A stretch of DNA of 64,000 nucleotides from an uncultured delta proteobacterium (GTDB lineage: Bacteria; Desulfobacterota; Binatia; UBA9968), in the NCBI GenBank assembly GCA_963847445.1, contig CAWJZV010000034.1, positions 288,001-352,000 on the forward strand. The letters are read 5' to 3'. Below the pieces are notes generated by a model. It was not told the DNA's origin and ran no database searches. It saw only the letters and a list, made by a program, of their open reading frames with translations. Numbering within the stretch: position 1 is the stretch's first letter; each line of letters starts with the position of its first letter. This document shows, in pieces, positions 29,273 to 40,403 of the stretch. Made by a program: the position numbers and the translations under genes.

Positions 29273-30598
29273 ATGAAAGTCGATATCGATGAATTGAGTC
29301 CGATCCAACGCAAGGTTAGCATCGAATTGCCGGCGGATCGGGTCGCTAAAGAGTTTTCCCACGCGTATAGAAACCTTGGCCAGCGTGTGACAGTTAAGGG
29401 CTTTCGTACCGGCAAGATTCCGCGCGGCGTGCTTCAGGGAATTTATGGCGAAGATATCAAAGGCGAAGTACGCTCCCACCTGGTGGAAGAGTGCCTGGCG
29501 GAGGTGGTCAAAGAACGAGACTTGCAAATCGTCTCACGGCCGGAAGTGGAGACTGGTGAGATCAAGGAAGACGGGGAGTTTTCCTTCTCGGCGGTCTTCG
29601 AGATTAAGCCGGCTATCGAATTGAAAGATTATTTGGGTGTCGAAGTAGAAAAGGTCAAGGTCGCCATCAGCGAAGAGCAGGTCGATGAGGCACTCAAACG
29701 CTTGCAAGACGGTCATGCGCGCCTTGAGTTGGTGGAAGGCCGCGATGTCGTTCAGAAGGGCGATTTCGTTACCGTCGATTTCGAAGGCACCCTTGCCGGC
29801 AAGCCATTTGCCGGTGGCAAAGGCGAGAACTACGTGCTCGAAGTCGGCGCCGGTCACACGTTGCCGCAGTTCGAAGAGGCTGTGGTTGGTTTACAATTGG
29901 GCCAGCAGCAATCGGTTGCGGTGACCTATCCGGATAACTACCCAAATGCTGAAATCGCCGGGAAGGCCGTCGACTTTGCCCTAACCGTTCGTGAGATCAA
30001 ACAGAAAGTGCTCCCGGTGCTTGACGATGATTTCGCCAAAGATCACGGCGAGCATGGCTCATTGGCAGAGTTGCGAGCGGCGATTCGTCAGCGGCTTGAG
30101 GATGAACTCAAGCACTATCAGGATGAAGATCTCAAAGAAAAGATGATCAGCCGTTTGATCGAGGCTCACTCGTTCAGTGCGCCGCCGTCGATGGTCGAAC
30201 GGCAGACTCGCTATCTCATGGAGCGTTACCAAAGCCAAATGGCCGGACATCCGGGTGGGGCAGAGGTGCCGGCTCCACCCATGGAAGAGGCGCGCAAGAC
30301 CTTCGAAGGCCGCGCCGCTCGTCAAGTACAGGCAACGTTACTCGTCGAAAAAATCGCCCAGGCGGAAACCATCGAAGTGTCGGACAAAGAGCTGCAAGAG
30401 CGGGTCGATAATCTGGCGCGTGGCGCTGGTGATCGCGCTAAAAGCTTGCGGGAATACTATGCGCGCCCCGACGCACGCGACGATCTGCGGGCGCAAATAG
30501 CGTTTGATCGCACTCTTAGCTTCTTGCTTGAGCGGGCCAAAATAAAAGAGGTCGATGCACCGATATCTACAGTTGATGCTACGCCCGAAAAAAGCTAG
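29273..30598 (+). CDS. tig: Trigger factor
   Basis: GFRTGKIP signature; FKBP domain; synteny with clpPX. Confidence 0.95.
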   Translation: MKVDIDELSPIQRKVSIELPADRVAKEFSHAYRNLGQRVTVKGFRTGKIPRGVLQGIYGEDIKGEVRSHLVEECLAEVVKERDLQIVSRPEVETGEIKEDGEFSFSAVFEIKPAIELKDYLGVEVEKVKVAISEEQVDEALKRLQDGHARLELVEGRDVVQKGDFVTVDFEGTLAGKPFAGGKGENYVLEVGAGHTLPQFEEAVVGLQLGQQQSVAVTYPDNYPNAEIAGKAVDFALTVREIKQKVLPVLDDDFAKDHGEHGSLAELRAAIRQRLEDELKHYQDEDLKEKMISRLIEAHSFSAPPSMVERQTRYLMERYQSQMAGHPGGAEVPAPPMEEARKTFEGRAARQVQATLLVEKIAQAETIEVSDKELQERVDNLARGAGDRAKSLREYYARPDARDDLRAQIAFDRTLSFLLERAKIKEVDAPISTVDATPEKS

Positions 30599-30631
30599 AA
30601 TGCTCTTAATGATTAAGGGGTTTACCCACAT

Positions 30632-31234
30632 ATGAACTTCATTCCCATGGTCGTCGAGCAAACGGGGCGAGGCGAACGGGCATATGATATTTATTCGCGT
30701 CTGCTAAAAGAACGAATCGTCTTTCTTGGCTCGGTGGTCAATGACGAAGTGGCCAACGTCATTACCGCGCAGCTGCTGTTCCTCGAATCCGAAGATCCTG
30801 AGAGAGAAATTTTCTTCTACATCAACAGTCCGGGCGGATCGGTCACTGCGGGCTTGGCGATCTATGACACCATGCAGTATGTGCGACCGCAAATTTCGAC
30901 GCTTTGCGTCGGTCAAGCGGCAAGCATGGGCGCCGTGTTGCTAGCTGCCGGCGCGAAAGGTAAACGCTTCGCGCTGCCACATTCGCGGATCATGATTCAC
31001 CAACCGCTGGGTGGTTTCGAAGGCCAGGCGACCGACATCGAGATTCACGCCCGTGAAATTCTCCGTATGCGCGAGGAATTGAACAACATTCTCATGAAGC
31101 ATACGGGCCAGGGCATGAAGAAAATCGAAAAAGACACGGATCGCGACATGTTCTTGACGGGGAAGCAAGCTCAAGAGTATGGCTTAGTCGACGATGTGAT
31201 CGCGGCGCGTCCTGACAGTGCGCTCAAGAAATAG
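30632..31234 (+). CDS. clpP: ATP-dependent Clp protease proteolytic subunit
   Basis: DIYSRLL, YINSPGG, GQAASMG, MIHQP. Confidence 0.98.
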   Translation: MNFIPMVVEQTGRGERAYDIYSRLLKERIVFLGSVVNDEVANVITAQLLFLESEDPEREIFFYINSPGGSVTAGLAIYDTMQYVRPQISTLCVGQAASMGAVLLAAGAKGKRFALPHSRIMIHQPLGGFEGQATDIEIHAREILRMREELNNILMKHTGQGMKKIEKDTDRDMFLTGKQAQEYGLVDDVIAARPDSALKK

Positions 31235-31258
31235 CTCGTAGTTTGGCTTGGGGGGTCT

Positions 31259-32518
31259 ATGCCTAAACATGGTGAGCACGGATCGGGAAATCTCGTCTGT
31301 TCTTTTTGTGGCAAAAGCCAAGACGAGGTTCGCAAGCTGATTGCCGGTCCGACGGTTTACATTTGCGACGAATGCATCGACCTTTGCAACGACATTATCG
31401 CTGAAGAAATCGACCACGACGAGAACCTAAGTTCGTCGTCGAACGTTCCCAAGCCCGCGGAAATCAAGCGGGTGCTCGACCAGTATGTGATCGGACAGGA
31501 GCGCGCCAAGAAGATATTGGCGGTCGCCGTGCATAATCACTACAAGCGCATCGACAGCCAGATGGTGACTGGGGATGTCGAACTGCAAAAGAGCAACATT
31601 CTGCTGCTTGGTCCCACTGGATCGGGCAAAACTCTACTCGCCCAAACTCTTGCCCGCTTTCTGCAGGTCCCCTTTACTATTGCCGACGCCACCAGCCTGA
31701 CTGAGGCGGGTTATGTCGGCGAGGACGTTGAGAATATTATTCTCAATTTATTGCAGGCGGCCGAGTACGATGTTGAAAAAGCCCAGCGCGGCATTGTCTA
31801 TATAGATGAGATCGATAAAATTTCGCGTAAGTCGGACAATCCATCAATCACCCGGGATGTGTCCGGCGAAGGGGTGCAACAAGCGTTGCTAAAGATTATC
31901 GAAGGGACTATGGCGAGCGTGCCGCCGAAGGGCGGACGCAAACATCCCCAGCAAGAATTTTTGCAGGTGGATACCACCAATATTCTGTTTATTTGCGGTG
32001 GCGCTTTTGTTGGTCTTGAAGATATCATTCGTAAGCGCACCGGTCGCAAGCGCATGGGCTTTGGCGGACAGTTAGAAGAGAGCGAAAAAAGTGGCCAACG
32101 GGCTTCGGATTTACTGCACAGCGTACAGACGGAAGATTTGCTTAAGTTTGGCTTGATTCCTGAGTTCATCGGCCGATTGCCGGTTATTGCCACTCTCGAC
32201 GAGTTGGACGATAGCGCTCTGATGCGAATATTGAAGGAACCCAAGAATGCGTTGACCAAACAGTATTCCAAACTTTTTGAAATGGAGTCGGTGCATCTTA
32301 AGTTCACCGAGGATGCGTTGCGAGCAATTGCGCGCGAAGCCATGAAACGTAAATCGGGAGCGCGAGGGCTACGCGCGATCATGGAAAACATTATGTTGGA
32401 TATCATGTACGACATGCCATCGCAGCCCAATATTAAAGAGGTTGTGATTTCAGAGGATGTTGTTGAAAAGCATGAACCTCCAATCGTCGTATACACCAAG
32501 GCCGCAGAGAGCGCTTAG
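31259..32518 (+). CDS. clpX: Clp protease ATPase subunit ClpX
   Basis: CSFCGK zinc finger, [18 protein letters not shown]. Confidence 0.98.
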   Translation: MPKHGEHGSGNLVCSFCGKSQDEVRKLIAGPTVYICDECIDLCNDIIAEEIDHDENLSSSSNVPKPAEIKRVLDQYVIGQERAKKILAVAVHNHYKRIDSQMVTGDVELQKSNILLLGPTGSGKTLLAQTLARFLQVPFTIADATSLTEAGYVGEDVENIILNLLQAAEYDVEKAQRGIVYIDEIDKISRKSDNPSITRDVSGEGVQQALLKIIEGTMASVPPKGGRKHPQQEFLQVDTTNILFICGGAFVGLEDIIRKRTGRKRMGFGGQLEESEKSGQRASDLLHSVQTEDLLKFGLIPEFIGRLPVIATLDELDDSALMRILKEPKNALTKQYSKLFEMESVHLKFTEDALRAIAREAMKRKSGARGLRAIMENIMLDIMYDMPSQPNIKEVVISEDVVEKHEPPIVVYTKAAESA

Positions 32519-32529
32519 GAGGGGATCGT

Positions 32530-34992
32530 ATGTTGTTTCGGAACGATAAGAAGGATCCGGAAGCCACTGCTGGGGGCACAAGGGTGCCGTTGCTGCCGTT
32601 GCGGGATATTATCGTTTTCCCGCACATGGTCGTGCCGCTATTTGTCGGGCGCCAACGCTCGATCAAGGCGCTCGAAGAGGCAACTCAGAAGCAGAGTCTC
32701 ATTTTCTTGTCCTCGCAGAAGGACGCCAAAACCAACGAGCCCGCCGAGGACGATATTTACCGGATTGGTACTCTCGGATCGGTGGTGCAAATGCTCAAGC
32801 TACCCGATGGCACCGTCAAAGTGCTGATCGAGGGGAAAAAGCGCGCGAAGATCGCGAGCTTTGCCGCCAACCCTGATTTTTTTCTGGTTGACGTCGAGGA
32901 TGCTCAAGAGGTGAACGAACGCACCACGGAGGCGGAGGCGCTGATCCGGGAAGTTCACACCACCTTTGAAAACTACGTCAAGTTAAAAAAGAAAATCCCC
33001 CCCGAAATGGTCATGTCGGTGTCCTCCATCGATGAGCCGGGGCGGCTCTCCGATACCATCGTTGCCCATCTTGGCATAAAGCTGGAAGATAGGCAGAACT
33101 TGCTGGAGACCTTTAATGCCGCGGAACGGCTGGAGAAGGTTCTCGGCCATATGCGCGCCGAGATCGAAATCCTTGAAGTCGAGCGACGTATTCGTTCGCG
33201 CGTCAAGAAGCAGATGGAGCGATCTCAGAAGGAATACTATCTCAACGAACAGATGCGGGCGATTCAAAAAGAGCTGGGTGAAAAGGATGAGTTTAAGAAC
33301 GAGATCCAGGAGATCGAGGAAAAGTTAAAGCAGAAAAAGCTTTCCGCCGAAGCTAAAGACAAGGTCGAGAAAGAACTGAAGAAGCTCAAAATGATGTCGC
33401 CGATGTCGGCTGAAGCGACGGTGGTCAGAAACTATATCGACTGGATTATCAGTTTGCCGTGGAACGAATTCACCGACGACAAGCTCGATATCAATGAAGC
33501 CGAAAAGGTTTTGGACGAGGACCATTTCGGACTGGAGAAGGTGAAGGAGCGTATCCTCGAATATCTCGCTGTGCAAAGTTTGGTGGGCAAAATCAAAGGG
33601 CCGATCCTTTGTTTGGTTGGACCTCCGGGTGTCGGCAAAACCTCACTGGGGCGATCGATCGCGCGGGCAACCGGTCGTAAATTTATCCGAGTGTCCCTCG
33701 GTGGCGTCCGTGACGAGGCGGAAATCCGTGGTCATCGCCGCACCTATATCGGCGCCCTCCCGGGGAAGATCGTTCAATCCATGAAGAAGGCAGGGTCGAG
33801 TAATCCGGTATTTCTAATGGACGAGATCGACAAAATGTCCACTGATTTCCGCGGTGATCCTTCGTCGGCGTTATTAGAAGTGCTCGACCCGGAACAGAAT
33901 ACGGCGTTCAACGATCACTATCTCGATCTCGATTTCGATCTTTCCAAGGTCATGTTCATTACCACCGCCAATTCGCTGGATCGCATTCCTCGGCCGTTGC
34001 AAGATCGGATGGAGATCATTCGAATTGCTGGTTATACCGAGTTGGAAAAGGTCAGCATCGCTAAGAAATATTTGATCGAGAAGCAACGGGAAGCCAATGG
34101 CTTGACCCCGGAGAATATTGTTTTTACCGACAATGCTTTGATGGGTGTGGTGCGCCACTATACCAAAGAAGCGGGCGTGCGTAGCCTTGAACGCGAAATC
34201 GCCGCGGTTTGCCGTAAGGTTGCGGTGGAAGTAGTCAAGAAAGACCGCAACTCTCATGTCCAAGTCGGCACCAAGAGCCTGCACAAATTTCTCGGCCCTA
34301 TCAAATTCCGCTATGGTAAAGCGGATGCGGAAACCAAGGTCGGCGTTACCACCGGTTTGGCTTGGACAGAATTGGGTGGCGAGTTGCTATCGACTGAAGT
34401 GACGGTTATGCCGGGAAAGGGGCAGCTCATTATTACCGGTAAGCTGGGCGATGTTATGCAGGAGTCGGCACAGGCAGCAATGAGTTACGTCCGCTCGCGC
34501 GCGACCGCCTTGGGATTAGACAAGGATTTCTACCAGAAGTTGGATATCCATCTTCACGTACCCGAAGGGGCGATTCCCAAAGATGGTCCCTCCGCTGGTA
34601 TCACGATGGCTACCTCCTTGGTATCCGCGTTGATAAAAATTCCTGTGCGCAACGATCTGGCCATGACGGGTGAAATCACGTTGCGTGGTACGGTGCTGCC
34701 GATTGGTGGTCTTAAAGAAAAGGTATTGGCGGCGCATCGGGCCGGGATCAAGAAAATCCTGATTCCGGCGGAGAACGAAAAGGATATAGAGGAGATTCCC
34801 GCCAGTGTACTTAAGGGCCTGGAATTAGAGCTTGTTGCCCACGTCGACGAAGTTCTCAAGAAAGCATTGGTACTGAACGATCCGGAGACCTTGTTCAGCC
34901 ACACTCCGGTCGAAATCCAACCGAAAGACGATAATCCGCCCTTCTCTGATAAGGTAGAAGAAGTTCCCGTAAGCGAAATTCTTCCACAATAA
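32530..34992 (+). CDS. lon: Lon protease
   Basis: [24 protein letters not shown]. Confidence 0.98.
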   Translation: MLFRNDKKDPEATAGGTRVPLLPLRDIIVFPHMVVPLFVGRQRSIKALEEATQKQSLIFLSSQKDAKTNEPAEDDIYRIGTLGSVVQMLKLPDGTVKVLIEGKKRAKIASFAANPDFFLVDVEDAQEVNERTTEAEALIREVHTTFENYVKLKKKIPPEMVMSVSSIDEPGRLSDTIVAHLGIKLEDRQNLLETFNAAERLEKVLGHMRAEIEILEVERRIRSRVKKQMERSQKEYYLNEQMRAIQKELGEKDEFKNEIQEIEEKLKQKKLSAEAKDKVEKELKKLKMMSPMSAEATVVRNYIDWIISLPWNEFTDDKLDINEAEKVLDEDHFGLEKVKERILEYLAVQSLVGKIKGPILCLVGPPGVGKTSLGRSIARATGRKFIRVSLGGVRDEAEIRGHRRTYIGALPGKIVQSMKKAGSSNPVFLMDEIDKMSTDFRGDPSSALLEVLDPEQNTAFNDHYLDLDFDLSKVMFITTANSLDRIPRPLQDRMEIIRIAGYTELEKVSIAKKYLIEKQREANGLTPENIVFTDNALMGVVRHYTKEAGVRSLEREIAAVCRKVAVEVVKKDRNSHVQVGTKSLHKFLGPIKFRYGKADAETKVGVTTGLAWTELGGELLSTEVTVMPGKGQLIITGKLGDVMQESAQAAMSYVRSRATALGLDKDFYQKLDIHLHVPEGAIPKDGPSAGITMATSLVSALIKIPVRNDLAMTGEITLRGTVLPIGGLKEKVLAAHRAGIKKILIPAENEKDIEEIPASVLKGLELELVAHVDEVLKKALVLNDPETLFSHTPVEIQPKDDNPPFSDKVEEVPVSEILPQ

Positions 34993-35026
34993 TTAACGGC
35001 TATTTGGCGCGGAAGTGCCGGGTTAT

Positions 35027-35055
35027 TTGACACCCGGCATTTCCGCTGTTATAAC
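35027..35055 (+). promoter_or_regulatory. Sigma70 promoter for tRNA-Val/Asp-rplM-rpsI, overlapped by a hairpin at 35009-35046
   Basis: TTGACA-N17-TATAAC. Confidence 0.7.
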
Positions 35056-35279
35056 TCCCCATTGCTAAATGTCAGTGGACTGTTGCCGTTAGGATCGTCG
35101 ACACACCAACGCTACGAGAGTTGCTGGGTATTCGTATCGTTACCGGCCTTTTCACTTGGGACGCACGGTGGTGCGTGATCGATTTTTTGCCTGAGAAGCT
35201 TGATTAGGCAATTCAGATTGGTTCTTGTAGTAAGGGGACTCATGTCCCTGGCGAAGCTCTAGAAGTAAGGTTGCGGTAG

Positions 35280-35354
35280 GGGCGGTTAGCTCAGTGGGAG
35301 AGCATCGGCCTTACAAGCCGGGGGTCACAGGTTCAAGCCCTGTACCGCCCACCA
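35280..35354 (+). tRNA. tRNA-Val(TAC)
   Basis: Anticodon loop CTTACAA; CCA end. Confidence 0.95.
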
Positions 35355-35382
35355 CGTACGTGAGTCTTGTTTTGAATACATC

Positions 35383-35459
35383 GGGGTCGTAGTTCAGTCG
35401 GTTAGAACGCCGGCCTGTCACGCCGGAGGTCGCGAGTTCGAGTCTCGTCGGCCCCGCCA
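35383..35459 (+). tRNA. tRNA-Asp(GTC)
   Basis: Anticodon loop CTGTCAC; CCA end. Confidence 0.95.
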
Positions 35460-35504
35460 TTTTTACAAGTTCGAATGAACTTGGAGTTGACTGGAGTGTG
35501 CGCC

Positions 35505-35930
35505 ATGACAAGGGAAGAAGCGCTGACGCAACGTCGGTGGTATGTGATCGACGCTCAAGGAAAGATCCTTGGGCGGATGGCCACGGAGATCGCCAATGTT
35601 TTGCGCGGTAAACACAAGCCGGTATTTACGCCTAACCAGGATACAGGTGACTTTGTGATTGTCGTAAACGCAAAGGGGATCAAGCTGACCGGCGCTAAGC
35701 TGGACCAAAAGATTTACTACCGGCACACGGATTATCCCGGTGGCATCCGCCAGCGGACCGCCGCGGAATTGCTTGAAGAGAAGCCTGAAGAGTTGGTCCG
35801 GTTAGCCGTCAAGGGAATGCTGCCGAAAAACCGTTTGAGCCGCCATTTGGCCACAAAGCTCAAAATTTACGCCGGACCGGAGCATCCGCACGCGGCGCAA
35901 ATGCCGCAGCTCTTGGCAGTCGAAGCATAG
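35505..35930 (+). CDS. rplM: 50S ribosomal protein L13
   Basis: WYVIDA, LRGKHKP, GMLPKN; start could be 35475. Confidence 0.96.
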   Translation: MTREEALTQRRWYVIDAQGKILGRMATEIANVLRGKHKPVFTPNQDTGDFVIVVNAKGIKLTGAKLDQKIYYRHTDYPGGIRQRTAAELLEEKPEELVRLAVKGMLPKNRLSRHLATKLKIYAGPEHPHAAQMPQLLAVEA

Positions 35931-35943
35931 GAGAATTAGTTCA

Positions 35944-36336
35944 ATGGCAGATAAAACAATCGTCGCAACAGGGCGACGCAAGACTTCGGTTGCCCGAGTC
36001 TTTCTTAAACCTGGGCAAGGCAGCCTAAGAATCAACAACCGAACGTTGCAAGATTATTTCGGGCGTGAAACCGCACGGATGATTGTGTTGCAACCTTTTC
36101 AGGTTACGCAAACCGCCGGCAATTTCGATATTGAAGTCAATGTCGACGGCGGCGGCAATTCGGGTCAAGCTGGAGCCATTCGTCACGGCATTACCCGCGC
36201 GCTGATGGAATTCAATCCCGACCTTCGTACTTCCCTTAAAAAAGCCGGGTTTGTCACCCGCGACCCACGCGCAGTTGAGCGTAAGAAGTATGGCCGTCAT
36301 AAAGCCCGCAAACGGCCGCAGTATTCAAAACGTTAA
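35944..36336 (+). CDS. rpsI: 30S ribosomal protein S9
   Basis: [22 protein letters not shown]. Confidence 0.98.
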   Translation: MADKTIVATGRRKTSVARVFLKPGQGSLRINNRTLQDYFGRETARMIVLQPFQVTQTAGNFDIEVNVDGGGNSGQAGAIRHGITRALMEFNPDLRTSLKKAGFVTRDPRAVERKKYGRHKARKRPQYSKR

Positions 36337-36366
36337 TCTTACAAATCGATTATTTGTATTTATCAG

Positions 36367-36410
36367 AGAGCTTGGCGCTGCCCATTGAGCGATGCCAAGC
36401 TCTTTTCGTT
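36367..36410. terminator. Terminator hairpin between rpsI and convergent lptG
   Basis: AGAGCTTGGC...GCCAAGCTCT followed by a T-rich tail. Confidence 0.7.
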
Positions 36411-36476
36411 TGGGTTGAATAATTTTGAAGTGGGGCATCATTGATCGTGGCTTAAGCGCTCGCGCGAATTACAGTT

Positions 36477-37592
36477 TCATTCTTCAGCGGTGAAGAAGTA
36501 TAGACCAATCATCGAGAAAATTAGGTTTGGAATCCATGCGGCCGGTAGTGCTGGAATGGCGCCGCTGTGGCCCAAGGATATGCAAAAGGCGGTAAGGACC
36601 CAATAACCGAAGGCGATGACCATGGCGATGCCGAAGCTGAGCGAGATGTTGTTGCTCATTTGCCGTTTGATAGCGAATGGCGTCGCCAATAGAACCATTA
36701 GAAAAGAGACCACTGGAATCGCCAGTTTGCCTTGGAGATCGACTTCGATGGCGGTGGTGTCGATCCCTTTAGTCTTCATGTCGCCAATCTGTTTCTGCAA
36801 ATCAAAATAGCTATACTCTTCGGCATCGCGTGCCAGCAGCTTCAGGTCGTTGGGCGTTTCGGTGATCGGAATGTTGGCGATGCTGTCTCGGCGAGCCAGT
36901 TTGCCGTCCTGCTGCAATTCCCATTCGACCGCACCGTCGGTTTGCCAGTTTCGAATGCTCCACCGAGCACTGGGAATTTCGATCAACGAACGCAAACTGA
37001 AATCTCGGTTGAGAGTGAATACCGTAACGCCATCCAGGGTGTTCGTGCGTGGATCGAAGTTGTCAATGTTGATGAAGCTGCCGTCGCCGCGAATCCAAAT
37101 GTCCCGCGTGCCGAATAGGCTGAGTTGTCTCTTCTGCCTGATCTCGGTGCGATAGATTTGTTCAGCGTTACGGCTGAAAATCGGCACCAGCGTCTCGTTC
37201 CAAAAAAAAGTGATACCAGAAAGGCACAAAGCCAGCACTAGCAAGGGCCAGGCGATGCGTTGGACGCTAACGCCGCTTGAGCGAATTGCGGTAATTTCCT
37301 GCGTGCGTGCCAATAGGCCCAAACAAAATAACGTCGAGAACAATGTCGCAAAGCCGACCACGCGGGAAATCAACAAGGGCGCTTTGAACATGAAATAGCG
37401 TAAAATGGTCGAGACCGGCGCGCCGGATTCGAGTAGATTGCCGATCCGTTCGAAAAAGTCGGCGGTTACGTAAAGTCCGGTGATCACTGCCAAGCTGATG
37501 CCGAAAACGCGCAGGAATCCCGCTGAAATATAGCGATCAAGGATGCCACCGAGAGGCATCATGCGATGTTGAGCTCTTGATGTCCTGGCCAT
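36477..37592 (-). CDS. lptG: LPS export ABC permease LptG
   Basis: ILDRYI, EITAIRSSGVS; YjgP/Q architecture. Confidence 0.9.
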   Translation of the reverse strand: MARTSRAQHRMMPLGGILDRYISAGFLRVFGISLAVITGLYVTADFFERIGNLLESGAPVSTILRYFMFKAPLLISRVVGFATLFSTLFCLGLLARTQEITAIRSSGVSVQRIAWPLLVLALCLSGITFFWNETLVPIFSRNAEQIYRTEIRQKRQLSLFGTRDIWIRGDGSFINIDNFDPRTNTLDGVTVFTLNRDFSLRSLIEIPSARWSIRNWQTDGAVEWELQQDGKLARRDSIANIPITETPNDLKLLARDAEEYSYFDLQKQIGDMKTKGIDTTAIEVDLQGKLAIPVVSFLMVLLATPFAIKRQMSNNISLSFGIAMVIAFGYWVLTAFCISLGHSGAIPALPAAWIPNLIFSMIGLYFFTAEE

Positions 37593-38792
37593 TTAGTTTC
37601 TTGGCCTCCTCATTAGTCTTTTCACCTGCCGCAGCGTTGCGTCACCGACCCGGGACGCGAACGCGGGAAAAGCCAGGGGCGATTCGCGCATCGCCTTGCG
37701 AAAGAAGACCAGGGCGATGCAACCGATGGTCAGGTTGGGTAGCCATAGCGCTGGGATGGGGGGTAGGCTTCCCTTGTCGCCCAATGCTTTGCCGAAGGAG
37801 AGTAAAACATAGTAGGCCAACAGCCAAAACAAGCACAACATGAATCCCCACGAGCGACTCGCTCGCGAGGCGCGCGGTAGCAGCGCCAAGGCCACGCCAA
37901 GGACGCCAAATATCAATGGGACAAAACCGAAAGCGATCCGTTGGTGCAACTCCATTCGCTCGGGGATCGATTTGCCGCCGCGCCGCTGTTTATCTTCGAT
38001 GGATTTGAGTAAATCCGCGGAAGCTAACTCTTTCGGTCCAGCTTCTTTCTGCCGCACGGGGCCGACGAGTTCATCCAAGTCGAGTTTGAAATCGTAGATG
38101 TTGAAGCGGGTTTGGCTAAATCCTGGGCGCTTTTTTTCCCGTTCGTAAATCGAACCGTCGAAAAGCCTCAATCCTAATGTGTTGGCAACGTCGTCGGTGG
38201 TGATACGGGCAACCTTGCCGAGTATGATGTCTTCGCGCACGCGATCGCGCTTGTCGATGATGAAGATCCCTTGAGCGGTATTTCCAGGTGGAATGATTTC
38301 CTCTACGTAAATGAGGATCTTGGGAAAATCATCATTGAAAATTTTTTCTTTGAGTGCCGTGCTGACCCGAGACTTCGCAATGTTATAAATCTCTTTTTTG
38401 AGTGCGGCATTGGCGGTCGGCCGGGCGTAGAGCGTCGTGGCCAAGGTCAGGATGGAAATAACCAACGACAGGCCGGCGATGGGCCACAAAATCTGCAACG
38501 GGCTCACTCCGGAGGCTTTCATGGCGAGTAGTTCTTGGTCGTTGGCCATGCGCCCGAGTCCGAGCAAAATGGCTAGTAGAAACGCCATGGGCACGGTCAT
38601 TTCCAAGAAAGTTGGCATTATCAACGCTAGGAGTTTACCGACTTGGAGCGGTGGAACCCCGCGGCTGATGACCAACTCGATAAGCTTCAACAGGCGGCCA
38701 ATGAGCAAGATGAACGTGAACGCCAGCAGGCCAAGAAAAAATGGCGGCAGAACTTCGGAAATAAGATAGCTAATTAACGTCTTTCGTTTCAC
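37593..38792 (-). CDS. lptF: LPS export ABC permease LptF
   Basis: PMAFLLAILLGLGRM.ND.ELLAMKASGVS. Confidence 0.9.
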   Translation of the reverse strand: MKRKTLISYLISEVLPPFFLGLLAFTFILLIGRLLKLIELVISRGVPPLQVGKLLALIMPTFLEMTVPMAFLLAILLGLGRMANDQELLAMKASGVSPLQILWPIAGLSLVISILTLATTLYARPTANAALKKEIYNIAKSRVSTALKEKIFNDDFPKILIYVEEIIPPGNTAQGIFIIDKRDRVREDIILGKVARITTDDVANTLGLRLFDGSIYEREKKRPGFSQTRFNIYDFKLDLDELVGPVRQKEAGPKELASADLLKSIEDKQRRGGKSIPERMELHQRIAFGFVPLIFGVLGVALALLPRASRASRSWGFMLCLFWLLAYYVLLSFGKALGDKGSLPPIPALWLPNLTIGCIALVFFRKAMRESPLAFPAFASRVGDATLRQVKRLMRRPRN

Positions 38793-38855
38793 TGTGGCGG
38801 CATGTTAACTGTTGTACTCCTGGTTGTAAAATCCATTGCTGATTTGAACTAGCCC

Positions 38856-39605
38856 ATGACAACCGACTATCTTTTCGGCATCAACGCGATTCATGAAACA
38901 CTGATCGCTGCACCGCGGAGCGTGCGGGAGATTTTCGTCAGCGAAAATTCCAATCATGGCCGGTTGCAAGCGTTGGTGGATGAAGCACGGCGCCAAGGAT
39001 TGCCGGTTGGCTATCGCACGGCGCGGGAATTGGACCGGTTGTCCCAAGGACAAAAACACCAGGGCGTTGTCGCAATCGTTGAAGCTTACGCCTATCCGGC
39101 GTTCGAAAAATTACTGCAACGGATCGCTGATGCAGAGTTGTCAGAATGGATATTAATCCTGGATGGAATCGTCGATCCGCGTAACTTCGGTGCCCTACTG
39201 CGGACGGCTGAAGCAGCCGGTGTCCGACATATCGTGATCCCGAAGGACCGTAGCGTTGATGTGACCCCCATGGTGGTCAAGGCTTCGGCTGGCGCGGCGC
39301 ATCATCTGAGCATTTATAAAGTCACTAACTTGCGACGCTCGCTGCAAGCGCTAAAACAAGCGGGATATTGGATCGTTGGCTTAGCGGTGGGCGCCAAGGA
39401 AAGCCTTTACGACCGGGAATATCCGCATAAACTCGCAATTGTGCTCGGTAGCGAAGCCACCGGAGTTCGTCCAATCAACCTGCGGGAGTGTGATTTTCTT
39501 GTATCAATTCCAATGCTTGGTAAGGTAGCCTCGCTTAATGTCGGGGTCGCCGGGGCGATTTTTCTATTTGAACTGGTGCGGCAGCAGCGGTTGCCTCGGT
39601 CGTAA
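38856..39605 (+). CDS. rlmB: 23S rRNA Gm2251 2'-O-methyltransferase
   Basis: HQGVVA, LDGI.DPRNFGALLR, GSE, IPM.G...SLNV. Confidence 0.93.
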   Translation: MTTDYLFGINAIHETLIAAPRSVREIFVSENSNHGRLQALVDEARRQGLPVGYRTARELDRLSQGQKHQGVVAIVEAYAYPAFEKLLQRIADAELSEWILILDGIVDPRNFGALLRTAEAAGVRHIVIPKDRSVDVTPMVVKASAGAAHHLSIYKVTNLRRSLQALKQAGYWIVGLAVGAKESLYDREYPHKLAIVLGSEATGVRPINLRECDFLVSIPMLGKVASLNVGVAGAIFLFELVRQQRLPRS

Positions 39606-39866
39606 CTGTTGTTGGTAACTTTACACCCTTTCAAGGCAAGCACCGATGCATTAGTGGGAAACCTCGTGCTCTGTTGACATGAACCTCTGAAGATGGTTTA
39701 AATACCCGTTTACAAACGGGGATAACTCCCGGGTGTTGTGGTTTGCCTGTTAGGCAAAAGATCTTTACTTACATACTGTTAAAATTTGTTCAGATAAGTA
39801 TCTTTTACAGCCGCCAAAAGGTAATTGGCAATCATTTCGCTGGCACGAAAAACCTAAGGGCGATGG

Positions 39867-39941
39867 GCTGGCGTAGCTCAATGGTAGAGCAGCTGATTTG
39901 TAATCAGCAGGTTGTAGGTTCAAGTCCTATCGCCAGCTCCA
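39867..39941 (+). tRNA. tRNA-Thr(TGT)
   Basis: Anticodon loop TTTGTAA; CCA end. Confidence 0.95.
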
Positions 39942-39992
39942 GCTAGTTGGTCAGTTGGAGTGGCGAAGAAATTTGTTTCTGGGGGGAGTCGA

Positions 39993-40077
<85 letters not shown>

Positions 40078-40082
40078 ATTTT

Positions 40083-40158
40083 GCGGGAATAGCTCAGTTG
40101 GTAGAGCGCAAGCCTTCCAAGCTTGGGGTCGCGGGTTCGAGTCCCGTTTCCCGCTCCA
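40083..40158 (+). tRNA. tRNA-Gly(TCC)
   Basis: Anticodon loop CTTCCAA; CCA end. Confidence 0.95.
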
Positions 40159-40248
40159 CATTGGTAGTTGTAGCTGATGGCGTTTTAACATGGCCAGCTT
40201 ACCGCCCCGTACGTGGGCACATCACGGCCAATTGCCATCGACCGACAT

Positions 40249-40321
40249 GCCCAGGTAGCTCAGTCGGTAGAGCACGTCCTTGGTAAGGACGAGGTCAGCG
40301 GTTCAATCCCGCTCCTGGGCT
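40249..40321 (+). tRNA. tRNA-Thr(GGT), CCA not encoded
   Basis: Anticodon loop TTGGTAA. Confidence 0.93.
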
Positions 40322-40403
40322 TTGCCTTTCGGTTTGGAGAATTTGGAGAAAGTTTATAGCGGCATTTTAGGGTGATGATTCGGAAATCATTTAGGAGGAC
40401 GCG

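Noticed and set aside
39743-39856. Possible sigma54 promoter/enhancer before the tRNA-Thr cluster (TTGCCTGTTAGGCAA; TGGCAATCATTTCGC; TGGCACGAAAAACC)
   Set aside because: Palindrome spacing does not match the 17-bp boxes, -12 elements are poor, and a TTGACA sigma70-like promoter lies upstream near 39674
40249-40324. tRNA-Thr(GGT) pseudogene because CCA is missing
   Set aside because: Cloverleaf is intact and CCA can be added post-transcriptionally
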